Below are positions 56,113 to 64,000 of a stretch of DNA of 64,000 nt, one piece after another. Source of the DNA: an uncultured Gammaproteobacteria bacterium. Its GTDB lineage: Bacteria > Pseudomonadota > Gammaproteobacteria > UBA9214. Made by a program: the position numbers and the translations under genes. The stretch spans positions 32,001-96,000 of the forward strand of contig CAWHCQ010000021.1 of assembly GCA_963827755.1 (NCBI GenBank). Reading direction: 5' to 3'. Below the pieces are notes generated by a model. That model was not told where the DNA came from and made no database searches. It saw only the letters and a list, made by a program, of their open reading frames with translations. Position 1 is the first letter of the stretch. Each line of letters opens with the position of its first letter.

Positions 56113-57152
56113 AGATACCAGTCTGCCGGGATCTGTTCGGTCGGCATCGGCACAACATCCATGGTCTGCATGGCGCCGCTGGCATGCACTTCAACACTGA
56201 CACGCGCCGCGTCACGGCCCTGGCCGAAGCGTGCCGTCAGCCGCGCGGCCAGCTCAAGATCATCCTCCTTTATATGTTCACCATCCAGCAACACCAGCGG
56301 ACCGGTATGACTGCTGGAGAGCATGTGCGTAAAACGCTTGCGATAACCTTCAAGAAAACGGTTCTCACCTTCCTCCCGACCGACAATGATTTTAAAATTC
56401 GGGCGCGGCCGCAAATGCCGGCCAACCTTCAGCAGCATAATGTCATCCAGTTCATATTCGCGCCGGCCGCGCGAACTCCACAGGTCGGACAACTTGACGG
56501 AATACTGCCTGTTTGTCAGAAAACAGCAGCCTCCGGCCGGCTGTGCATAGTCCTCAAAACCAAATTCCCTCGCCAGCGCCATCTGTGGCTTGCGTGATCG
56601 TCCATTGAACGCATACATCCTGTCGCGATCCAGCCAGCCCTCTTTCTCCGCCAGCGTGGGCGGAAGATTTTGCGCGCACAACGGGCGCACCAGCCGATCA
56701 TCAGCGCCTGAATCACGGGCGACAACCGGCATGGTGTATTTACGTTGCGACATCGGACGCTGACCAACCACTTCGCCGGTGATAATAAAATCAAATCCAT
56801 TTGCATCGATCCATTCACGCGCCTTGCTGACCATGAAAATCTTGCAATCCAGGCAGGGGTTCAGGTTTGCACCGTAACCATGCTTCGGATTGATGACGAC
56901 ATCCTTGTATTCATCGATGATGTCAACAATGTGCAACTTGATGCCGAGCTGCCCGGCTGACCAGAGCGCATTGTTGCGCTTCGGGCGTGCGCGATCCTGC
57001 ATGCGGATTGCATGAGTATGACCCTCAACACAAAAGCCGGTATAAAAATTGATACCTTCAACATAGACACCCTGGTCCATAACGACACGCGCGGCCAGCA
57101 ACGAATCAAGTCCGCCGGATATCAGTGCCAGTGCTTTACGCTGTGGGGCCAT
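56109..57152 (-). CDS. PP-loop ThiI/MnmA-like sulfurtransferase (putative thiouridylase)
   Basis: SGGLDS, NPCLDCK, GEVVGQRPMSQ, PAGGCC, KVGRHLR. Confidence 0.78.
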   Translation of the reverse strand: MAPQRKALALISGGLDSLLAARVVMDQGVYVEGINFYTGFCVEGHTHAIRMQDRARPKRNNALWSAGQLGIKLHIVDIIDEYKDVVINPKHGYGANLNPCLDCKIFMVSKAREWIDANGFDFIITGEVVGQRPMSQRKYTMPVVARDSGADDRLVRPLCAQNLPPTLAEKEGWLDRDRMYAFNGRSRKPQMALAREFGFEDYAQPAGGCCFLTNRQYSVKLSDLWSSRGRREYELDDIMLLKVGRHLRPRPNFKIIVGREEGENRFLEGYRKRFTHMLSSSHTGPLVLLDGEHIKEDDLELAARLTARFGQGRDAARVSVEVHASGAMQTMDVVPMPTEQIPADWYL

Positions 57153-57230
57153 GCCAGTAAAAATCCCTGTTTTATTCCGGGCGCAATTCTACCTCATGCG
57201 AGACATGCTTAGACAGAAAGCACAGGAGAA

Positions 57231-57797
57231 TCAGTGTTTTTCAGGCGTTACGGGGAGCGGGACCAGGTTCCCGTTGGCACAGATCTGCTGGTAACTGCGG
57301 CGACTGCCGGTGTCCTGCCAGAGGTCCATTGCCTGCAGTGGCGTCAATATACTCTGACCGCCGGTCTCGCGCATGGCGTGGAGGATATCCATCAGCACTA
57401 TAAAGGTCTCCGACAAACGCTGATAGACGGCCGCCCAGCTGCGGTCCATAACGTCCGAGAGCTGCCGGTAGGATGACTGTCCGATGGCGACAAAATAGCC
57501 GATACGCACCAGGCGCCGCTCGGCAAGCTGGGGAAACAATCCGGAGAATATCAGGCAGTGGTCGCCAACTTCACGCAGCTTTTCCACGCGCTGTTCACCG
57601 TGCAGTGCCTGCGACCTGAGATAATCTTCGGCCATGATGCGGGCCGTGCATTGGGGTCTGGCGGCAAAACGCATGAGCAAAAACACCAGGTAACTCTCCA
57701 GTGTTTCATCCAGGTGACGATCGCAGGCAAGTTGCGCCTCCTGCACCAGGGTCTGCCACTGGGCCTGTGCCGTCGGCTCGAGAATCAGCTGAGTCAT
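57231..57797 (-). CDS. hypothetical protein
   Basis: GGAGG RBS; ESYLVFLLMRF and LREVGDHCLIFSGLFP blocks; fills the gap divergent from glyQ. Confidence 0.7.
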   Translation of the reverse strand: MTQLILEPTAQAQWQTLVQEAQLACDRHLDETLESYLVFLLMRFAARPQCTARIMAEDYLRSQALHGEQRVEKLREVGDHCLIFSGLFPQLAERRLVRIGYFVAIGQSSYRQLSDVMDRSWAAVYQRLSETFIVLMDILHAMRETGGQSILTPLQAMDLWQDTGSRRSYQQICANGNLVPLPVTPEKH

Positions 57798-58016
57798 GCC
57801 TGTCCTCCATGGGAATACAGGTAATCTGTCGGCCAGCGCGGCGGAAGGCTTTAGCCGGTCGCCGGCTCCATGACTGGCATATTTAGCACAATGCACGGCA
57901 AAAAACATGCGCCCGGCATGAAATCAGCCTGGAGGCGCGTGTTTGGGGAAATTTGCAGCACTGCACGCTATACTGGGCGGCTTGCAAGCAGCCCGTGTAA
58001 TCATGAACAACAAGCC

Positions 58017-58928
58017 GTGACCGAAGCACCGAAGACATTTCAGGACCTTATCCTTGCGCTGCAGACCTACTGGAGCAGGCAGGGCTGCGTCCTGCTGCAA
58101 CCCCTTGATATGGAGGTCGGCGCGGGTACCTTTCACCCGGCAACCTTCCTGCGCGCGATCGGGCCCGAACCGTGGCGCTGTGCCTACGTGCAACCCTCGC
58201 GGCGGCCAACGGACGGGCGTTACGGTGAAAACCCGAACCGGCTGCAGCACTATTACCAGTACCAGGTGGTACTGAAACCTTCACCGCTGGATATCCAGGA
58301 ACTCTACCTGGGCTCGCTGCGCGAACTCGGCATCGACCCGCTGGTACACGACATTCGTTTTGTCGAGGACAACTGGGAATCGCCCACTCTCGGCGCCTGG
58401 GGGCTCGGCTGGGAGGTCTGGCTGAACGGCATGGAGGTTACCCAGTTCACCTATTTCCAGCAGGTCGGCGGTCTCGAGTGCCGGCCGGTCACGGGTGAAA
58501 TTACCTACGGACTGGAACGCATCGCCATGTACCTGCAGGAGGCTGAAAGCGTATTTGACCTGGTATGGACCGAGGGACCGGACGGCCCGGTGAGCTACCG
58601 CGATGTGTTCCACCAGAACGAGGTTGAAATGTCGGCCTATAACTTTGAACAGGCGGATGTTGCATCCTTACTGGACGGCTTCGATGTATGCGAGCGCGAA
58701 AGCAGTCGCCTGATCGATGCCGGCCTGCCATTGCCGGCCTATGAAATGGCGCTCAGGGCCTCGCATACCTTTAACCTGCTGGACGCGCGCAACGCCATCT
58801 CGGTCAGCGAGCGCCAGCGCTATATTCTCAGGATACGCACGCTCTCGCGACAGGTTGCCGAGGCCTATTATGAACGCCGTGAATCACTTGGTTTCCCGAT
58901 GCTGGTCAACAGAAAAGAAGCGTCATGA
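58017..58928 (+). CDS. glyQ: glycine-tRNA ligase alpha subunit
   Basis: [33 protein letters not shown]. Confidence 0.98.
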   Translation: MTEAPKTFQDLILALQTYWSRQGCVLLQPLDMEVGAGTFHPATFLRAIGPEPWRCAYVQPSRRPTDGRYGENPNRLQHYYQYQVVLKPSPLDIQELYLGSLRELGIDPLVHDIRFVEDNWESPTLGAWGLGWEVWLNGMEVTQFTYFQQVGGLECRPVTGEITYGLERIAMYLQEAESVFDLVWTEGPDGPVSYRDVFHQNEVEMSAYNFEQADVASLLDGFDVCERESSRLIDAGLPLPAYEMALRASHTFNLLDARNAISVSERQRYILRIRTLSRQVAEAYYERRESLGFPMLVNRKEAS

Positions 58929-61000
58929 CACCAACACAGGACCTGCTGGTCGAGATCGGCACGGAAGAACTGCCCCCGAAGGCACTGCGCCGCCTGAGCA
59001 ATGCCTTCCACAGTACCGTCAGCAAGCTGCTGACTGATAACCACCTGGCACACGGCGTCAGCCACGCCTACGCCACTCCGCGCAGATTGGCACTGCTTGT
59101 TAAAGAAGTGCCGCTGACCCAGCCGGACCGCGAGGTCATCAAGCGCGGCCCTGCACTGAAGGCCGCATTTGACGAAGACGGTAATCCAACCAAACCGGCG
59201 GAAGGTTTCGCGCGTTCCTGCGGGGTCAGCGTAAATGAACTGGAACAGCTGAAAACCGACAAGGGCCTTTGCCTGGGATTGCGTTTGACCGAAACCGGGC
59301 AAACGGCCGCTGCCGTGATACCCGGGCTCATCGAGCAGGCCCTGAAAGGACTGCCGGCGCCGAAACGCATGCGCTGGGGAAGTTCGGACACTGAATTCGT
59401 GCGGCCACTGCACTGGATCGTGCTGCTGCATGGCGACCAGCCGATCAAGGCCGATATCCTCGGCATCGAGTCCGACCGTTACAGCCGCGGGCATCGCTTT
59501 CACCACAACGAGCGCATTGCCATCGCGGAGCCTGCTGCCTATGTCGAGACACTGGAAACCAGCGGTCATGTCCTGGTGGACATGGACCGCCGCCGGGATT
59601 CAATCCGCACCCAGGCCATCGAGGCCGCGGAGGCCATCTCCGGCAGCGCCCGTATAGACGATGCACTGCTCGATGAAGTCACTGCACTGGTTGAATGGCC
59701 GGTTGCCATCACCGGCGGGTTCGACCCGCGCTATCTTGATGTCCCCGCCGAGGCCCTGGTTTCGAGCATGCAGGACCACCAGAAATATTTTCCGGTGATG
59801 GACAGCAATGGCCGCTTGATGCCGAATTTTATCACCATTGCCAACATTGCCAGCCGCGACCCCGACCAGGTGCAGGCCGGTAACGAGCGCGTTATTCGGG
59901 CACGACTCGACGACGCCGCTTTTTTCTGGGAGCAGGACCGCAAACATACCCTGGAAAGTCTCGCTGCACGACTCGACAATGTCACCTTTCAGCAAAAGCT
60001 CGGCTCCCTCGGCGACAAACAACGACGCGTGGCCGTCACTGCGACCGTGGTTGCAAAGTCACTCGGGCAGGACACCGCCCACGTCATCCGCGCAGCTACA
60101 CTGTGCAAGTGTGACCTGCTGACCAGCATGGTGCAGGAATTTCCCGAACTGCAAGGCATCATGGGTTGCTATTACGCCACGCACGATGGCGAGGATTCAG
60201 CCGTCGCCGCCGCCATGGACGAACAGTACCAGCCGCGCTTTTCCGGCGATCAGCTGCCGACCGGCGTCACCGGGAAGGCCCTTGCCATCGCAGACCGGCT
60301 TGACACACTTGCCGGAATCTTTGCCCTTGGCAAACCGCCCACCGGTGACAAGGATCCGTTCGGTCTGCGCCGTGCCGCCCTCGGCGTACTGCGCATCATG
60401 ATCGAAAAACAGCTCGACCTGGATTTGCATGCACTGATTGAGACAAGCATTGCAACATTGCCGGCGGAGCTCAATGCCGGAAAAATCAGTGCCGATTTGT
60501 TTGCCTTCATGATGGAGCGCCTGCGCGCCTACTACCTGGAGGGCGACTATGACGCCAATGAATTCGAAGCGGTACTGGCGCGACAGCCGCAACGTCCGCT
60601 CGATTTCGACCAGCGCATGCGTGCCGTACATGCCTTTCGCCGGCTGCCTGAATCCGTAAGCCTGGCCGCGGCCAACAAGCGGATTCGCAATATTCTGCGC
60701 AAGGCCGAAACGCCCATTGCGGACACTTTTAAAACAGACCTGCTGCAGGATCCGGCGGAACAGGCACTTGCAGCCGCAATCGCCGCACTTGAATCAAAAA
60801 CGGCCACACTAATCGAAATGCGTGACTATACCGGGGCACTGTGTGAACTGGCGGCCCTGCAGACACCGGTCGATGCCTTCTTCGATGATGTCATGGTCAT
60901 GGCGGATGATACGGCCTTGCGCAACAACCGCCTGGCCCTGTTAAATGTCGTCTCGGAACTGTTCCTGCGGGTCGCGGATATCTCAAAACTGCAGTCCTGA
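58925..61000 (+). CDS. glyS: glycine-tRNA ligase beta subunit
   Basis: [34 protein letters not shown]. Confidence 0.98.
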   Translation: MTPTQDLLVEIGTEELPPKALRRLSNAFHSTVSKLLTDNHLAHGVSHAYATPRRLALLVKEVPLTQPDREVIKRGPALKAAFDEDGNPTKPAEGFARSCGVSVNELEQLKTDKGLCLGLRLTETGQTAAAVIPGLIEQALKGLPAPKRMRWGSSDTEFVRPLHWIVLLHGDQPIKADILGIESDRYSRGHRFHHNERIAIAEPAAYVETLETSGHVLVDMDRRRDSIRTQAIEAAEAISGSARIDDALLDEVTALVEWPVAITGGFDPRYLDVPAEALVSSMQDHQKYFPVMDSNGRLMPNFITIANIASRDPDQVQAGNERVIRARLDDAAFFWEQDRKHTLESLAARLDNVTFQQKLGSLGDKQRRVAVTATVVAKSLGQDTAHVIRAATLCKCDLLTSMVQEFPELQGIMGCYYATHDGEDSAVAAAMDEQYQPRFSGDQLPTGVTGKALAIADRLDTLAGIFALGKPPTGDKDPFGLRRAALGVLRIMIEKQLDLDLHALIETSIATLPAELNAGKISADLFAFMMERLRAYYLEGDYDANEFEAVLARQPQRPLDFDQRMRAVHAFRRLPESVSLAAANKRIRNILRKAETPIADTFKTDLLQDPAEQALAAAIAALESKTATLIEMRDYTGALCELAALQTPVDAFFDDVMVMADDTALRNNRLALLNVVSELFLRVADISKLQS

Positions 61001-61096
61001 ACAACCGTTTTCACTGCAGCCGGCAAGGGTCATGGTATTGAATAACACTCTATTCAGCAGCCGACACCAGTGAACACAAAACCCGGGTAAGCAACA

Positions 61097-61435
61097 ATGA
61101 CCAACAAGGATTCCTACTCAAGCATGCTCGATGTCGTCCAGGCATTCCATGACAAGCACGACTTTAAAAATACCGGCGGGGAAGAACTTGCCTACCGGGT
61201 GGCGCTGATGACCGAGGAACTCGGCGAGATCTCCGCCTGCGTGACCAAGGGAAAAGACACCGGCCAACTGGCCGAGGAATGTGCCGACCTGTTTATCCTG
61301 TTAATCGGTACCGCGATCGCCGCTGACTTCGACCTCAAGCAGGCATTCTGGGACAAAATGGAAAAAATAGAATCGCGCGAATCCCGCATGATCAACGGCC
61401 GCATACGCGTTTCCGAGTTCAGGGACATGGAATGA
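61097..61435 (+). CDS. MazG-like nucleotide pyrophosphohydrolase
   Basis: EELGE...EECAD all-alpha NTP-PPase motif. Confidence 0.75.
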   Translation: MTNKDSYSSMLDVVQAFHDKHDFKNTGGEELAYRVALMTEELGEISACVTKGKDTGQLAEECADLFILLIGTAIAADFDLKQAFWDKMEKIESRESRMINGRIRVSEFRDME

Positions 61436-61971
61436 AACTCGTAATCCTCGATCGCGACGGCGTCATCAACGAGGACTCCGATGACTTCATCAAGTCCCCG
61501 GCCGAGTGGAAACCGATTCGCGGCTCCCTCGTGGCAATCGCACGGCTGCACCGCGCCGGCTGGCGTGTCGTGGTCGCGACCAACCAGTCCGGCATTGCAC
61601 GCAACTTGCTCGACCTCGACACCCTGGCGCGCATCCACGAAACCATGCAGCGCCAGGTCAGCGATGCCGGCGGCATGATCGATGCCGTGTTCTTTTGCCC
61701 GCATGGCCCGAATGATCACTGTGACTGCCGCAAACCCGCACCCGGCATGCTGAATGACATCGCGCGGCGCCTGCATACGGAACTGACCGGCGTGCCGGCT
61801 ATCGGTGATTCCCTGCGCGACATCCAGGCAGCAACCGCTGCCGGCGCCAGCCCGATACTGGTGAGGACCGGCAAGGGCAGCCGCACCGTCAGCGACCCCG
61901 AACTCGACAAAAGCGTGCCGGTCTTCAATGACCTGTACAGTGCCGTCGACAGCCTTTTAAAAGTACAGTAG
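61432..61971 (+). CDS. gmhB: D-glycero-D-manno-heptose 1,7-bisphosphate phosphatase
   Basis: LDRDGVIN, TNQSG, CPH...CDCRKP, GDS. Confidence 0.95.
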   Translation: MKLVILDRDGVINEDSDDFIKSPAEWKPIRGSLVAIARLHRAGWRVVVATNQSGIARNLLDLDTLARIHETMQRQVSDAGGMIDAVFFCPHGPNDHCDCRKPAPGMLNDIARRLHTELTGVPAIGDSLRDIQAATAAGASPILVRTGKGSRTVSDPELDKSVPVFNDLYSAVDSLLKVQ

Positions 61972-61978
61972 CCCACGG

Positions 61979-62717
61979 ATGCCCAGCGAAACGTCCTCGA
62001 TATCAATCTGGCTGCGCTCGCTGGCTTTCTGGATCGTCTTCCCGGTTTCCATCGTGCTCTTCGCCATCCTGCTCATGCTGACAGCACCCTTCTCGCTGCA
62101 ACTGCGCTGGTCGCTGCTGCAGTACTGGGTCCACTTCATCCTCTGGTGGCTGAAAGTAACCTGCAAGCTGACCCACGAGGTCCAGGGCCTGGAACACATC
62201 ACCAGCGAGCCCGGCATCGTCTTTGCCAAGCACCAGTCGACCTGGGAGACCATCGCCCTGCAGGAGATTTTTCCCCTGCAGGTGTGGGTCGCCAAGCGCG
62301 AACTGATGTGGATCCCGTTCTTCGGCTGGGGGCTGGCGCTGATGAAATGCATCCACATCAGGCGCGGCTGCCGGCAAGGCGGCCATCAAGCAACTGGTGA
62401 CCCAGGGCCGGGCACGCCTGCAGGATGGCAACTGGATCGTCATCTTTCCGGAAGGCACGCGCATCCCGGCCGGCCAGAAAGGCCGTTACCGGATCGGCGG
62501 CGCCGTACTCGCCGAGCAGACGGGTTACCCGATCGTGCCGGTGGCGCACAATGCCGGCGAGTACTGGCCACGCCGCAGCTTCATAAAGCGCCCGGGCGTC
62601 ATCCAGGTGCGCATCGGCGCACCGATCTCGCCGCAGGGTAAAACGGCCCAGCAGATCCTCGATGAGGCCTCCGGCTGGATCGAGGCGCGTATGGCCGAGA
62701 TCACGACCCTGAAATAG
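61979..62717 (+). CDS. plsC: 1-acyl-sn-glycerol-3-phosphate acyltransferase; +1 frameshift ~62369
   Basis: KHQSTWET in frame 1 and IFPEGTR in frame 2. Confidence 0.88.
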
Positions 62718-63018
62718 CCCGCGCCGGCGGCCGGGCAGTATTCACAGCATGCACCCTCACGCACGCCCTGCCTGCCCGTGGCCCCTGCAGGGGTGAGCCA
62801 TGCGGGGGTATAATTCTACATAACGCAATATATTTATAGAAAACATTAATATTAATTATATATATTACAGTTAATTATAATTTATATCGCGTTACGCTAT
62901 GCATGAAATCAGGCCGCCATGCCTTCATACCCGGCACACACGCCAGGGGAAACACGATACTGGAATGGATGCAGCCCGGCAGGTACCGGCAATTCGGCAC
63001 GGGATCAGCGCCGCCTGA

Positions 63019-63977
63019 TCAGCGGCCGCTGGACACCCTCATCGCTGAATCCCAGTCGTTCAGGCGGTGGCTGTAGACGAAGCTGGCGCCCTGGTAATAC
63101 GCAAGGTTGCGACGCATGTGCGGATCATCGCTACCGACCTCGTGTATTTGCGGTGTGCCGGATTCGGGGTTCAGTTGCCGGGTGAGTTTCTTCCGCGGAC
63201 TGCTCACTGACAACACGCCTTCTGTGTACAGCCCAAGGTGCTGGTAGTTTCCAACCAGGGCGCGTTCCTCGGCGGGTGTCATTTGCAGAATATCCTTGCC
63301 GAAAAAAAACGAGTCATATTCCATCCCCAGCATCGCCAGCAGGGTTGGCGCCAGGTCGATCTGGCTGGAAATCTTCTCGACCCTGCCGGGCTTGATATTG
63401 GCCGGGCTGTAGACAAGCAGCGGGATATGATATCGGGCCAGCGGCAGTGCCGTCTTGCCGGCGCTGCCTGCGGTGTGGTCGGCAACAATCACGAACACGG
63501 TATCCTCGAACCAGGGCTTGTCCCTGACCCGTGCAAGAAAGTCGCCAATGGCCCAGTCCGTGTACTTCACCGCCCCTGCCCGGTTTTCGCCCGAGGGGAT
63601 ATCAATGCGATTCTCCGGGTAGGTATAGGGCCGGTGGTTGGAGGTGGTCATGACATGAAAAAAGAATGGCGCACCTTTTTCATGGGCCTTATCAGCCGCC
63701 TTGCCCGCCTGCCTGTAGAGGTCTTCATCCGCCATGCCCCAGGCATTCACAAAGCCGATTTCATTCGAGGGTGTGCTGGTCTGGTCAATCACGTCATAAC
63801 CGTTCTCCGCGAAGAAGGCATTCATGTTATCGAAGTAGCCACGGCCGGGCAGCAGCCACAGGCCAGCCCCGGCGCAATCGCCGCGAGGAAAATGATTACC
63901 GTGAATAGCTATTGCGGGAAATGCATGCGACCGAATTGTCGCATCATGGGAAGCTTTCTCCCGGGCAAAAGCTTCAT
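63019..63977 (-). pseudogene. truncated LTA synthase / sulfatase-family gene
   Basis: C-terminal half intact (GRGYFDNM, WGMADED, TTSNHRPY, VADH, SQID); the region upstream of 63845 does not resemble the family. Confidence 0.65.
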
Positions 63978-64000
63978 CACCACTCCAATTTTGGTGTGCA

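Noticed and set aside
62809-62894. AT-rich tract as oriC unwinding element or dif site
   Set aside because: No DnaA-box cluster nearby and no XerC/XerD arm match with a 6-bp spacer

Overview
GC-rich Gammaproteobacterial core chromosome. The gene set and order (def-fmt-rsmB-ntrYX, LysM-dprA-smg-topA-tsaC-hemF, hemB-aroE, prlC, hemCD, argH, lysA-dapF-xerC-hslVU-ubiEJB, gpmI-envC-ctpA, secB-gpsA, glnA-ntrBC, glyQS-gmhB-plsC) suggest an origin-proximal region, possibly of a Chromatiales-like sulfur oxidizer (inference). I found no rRNA, tRNA, CRISPR array, prophage or transposase. Most interesting unexplained signals: (1) a 42-bp in-frame hairpin-containing insertion inside prlC; (2) a structured orphan sRNA candidate with an anti-Shine-Dalgarno seed after katG; (3) an operon of a PP-loop/Cys-rich sulfurtransferase, TusA and a CDF transporter; (4) a catalytically degenerate GGDEF protein with an intact I-site; (5) a shared 15-bp palindrome at katG and gpmI/arsR; (6) a sigma54/NtrC-type promoter directly in front of ntrB; (7) REP-like repeats. 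Seven single-base +1 frameshifts (katG x2, a hypothetical gene, gpsA, ntrC, CDF, plsC) are most likely consensus/assembly artefacts. All calls come from motif recognition by eye, with no database searches.
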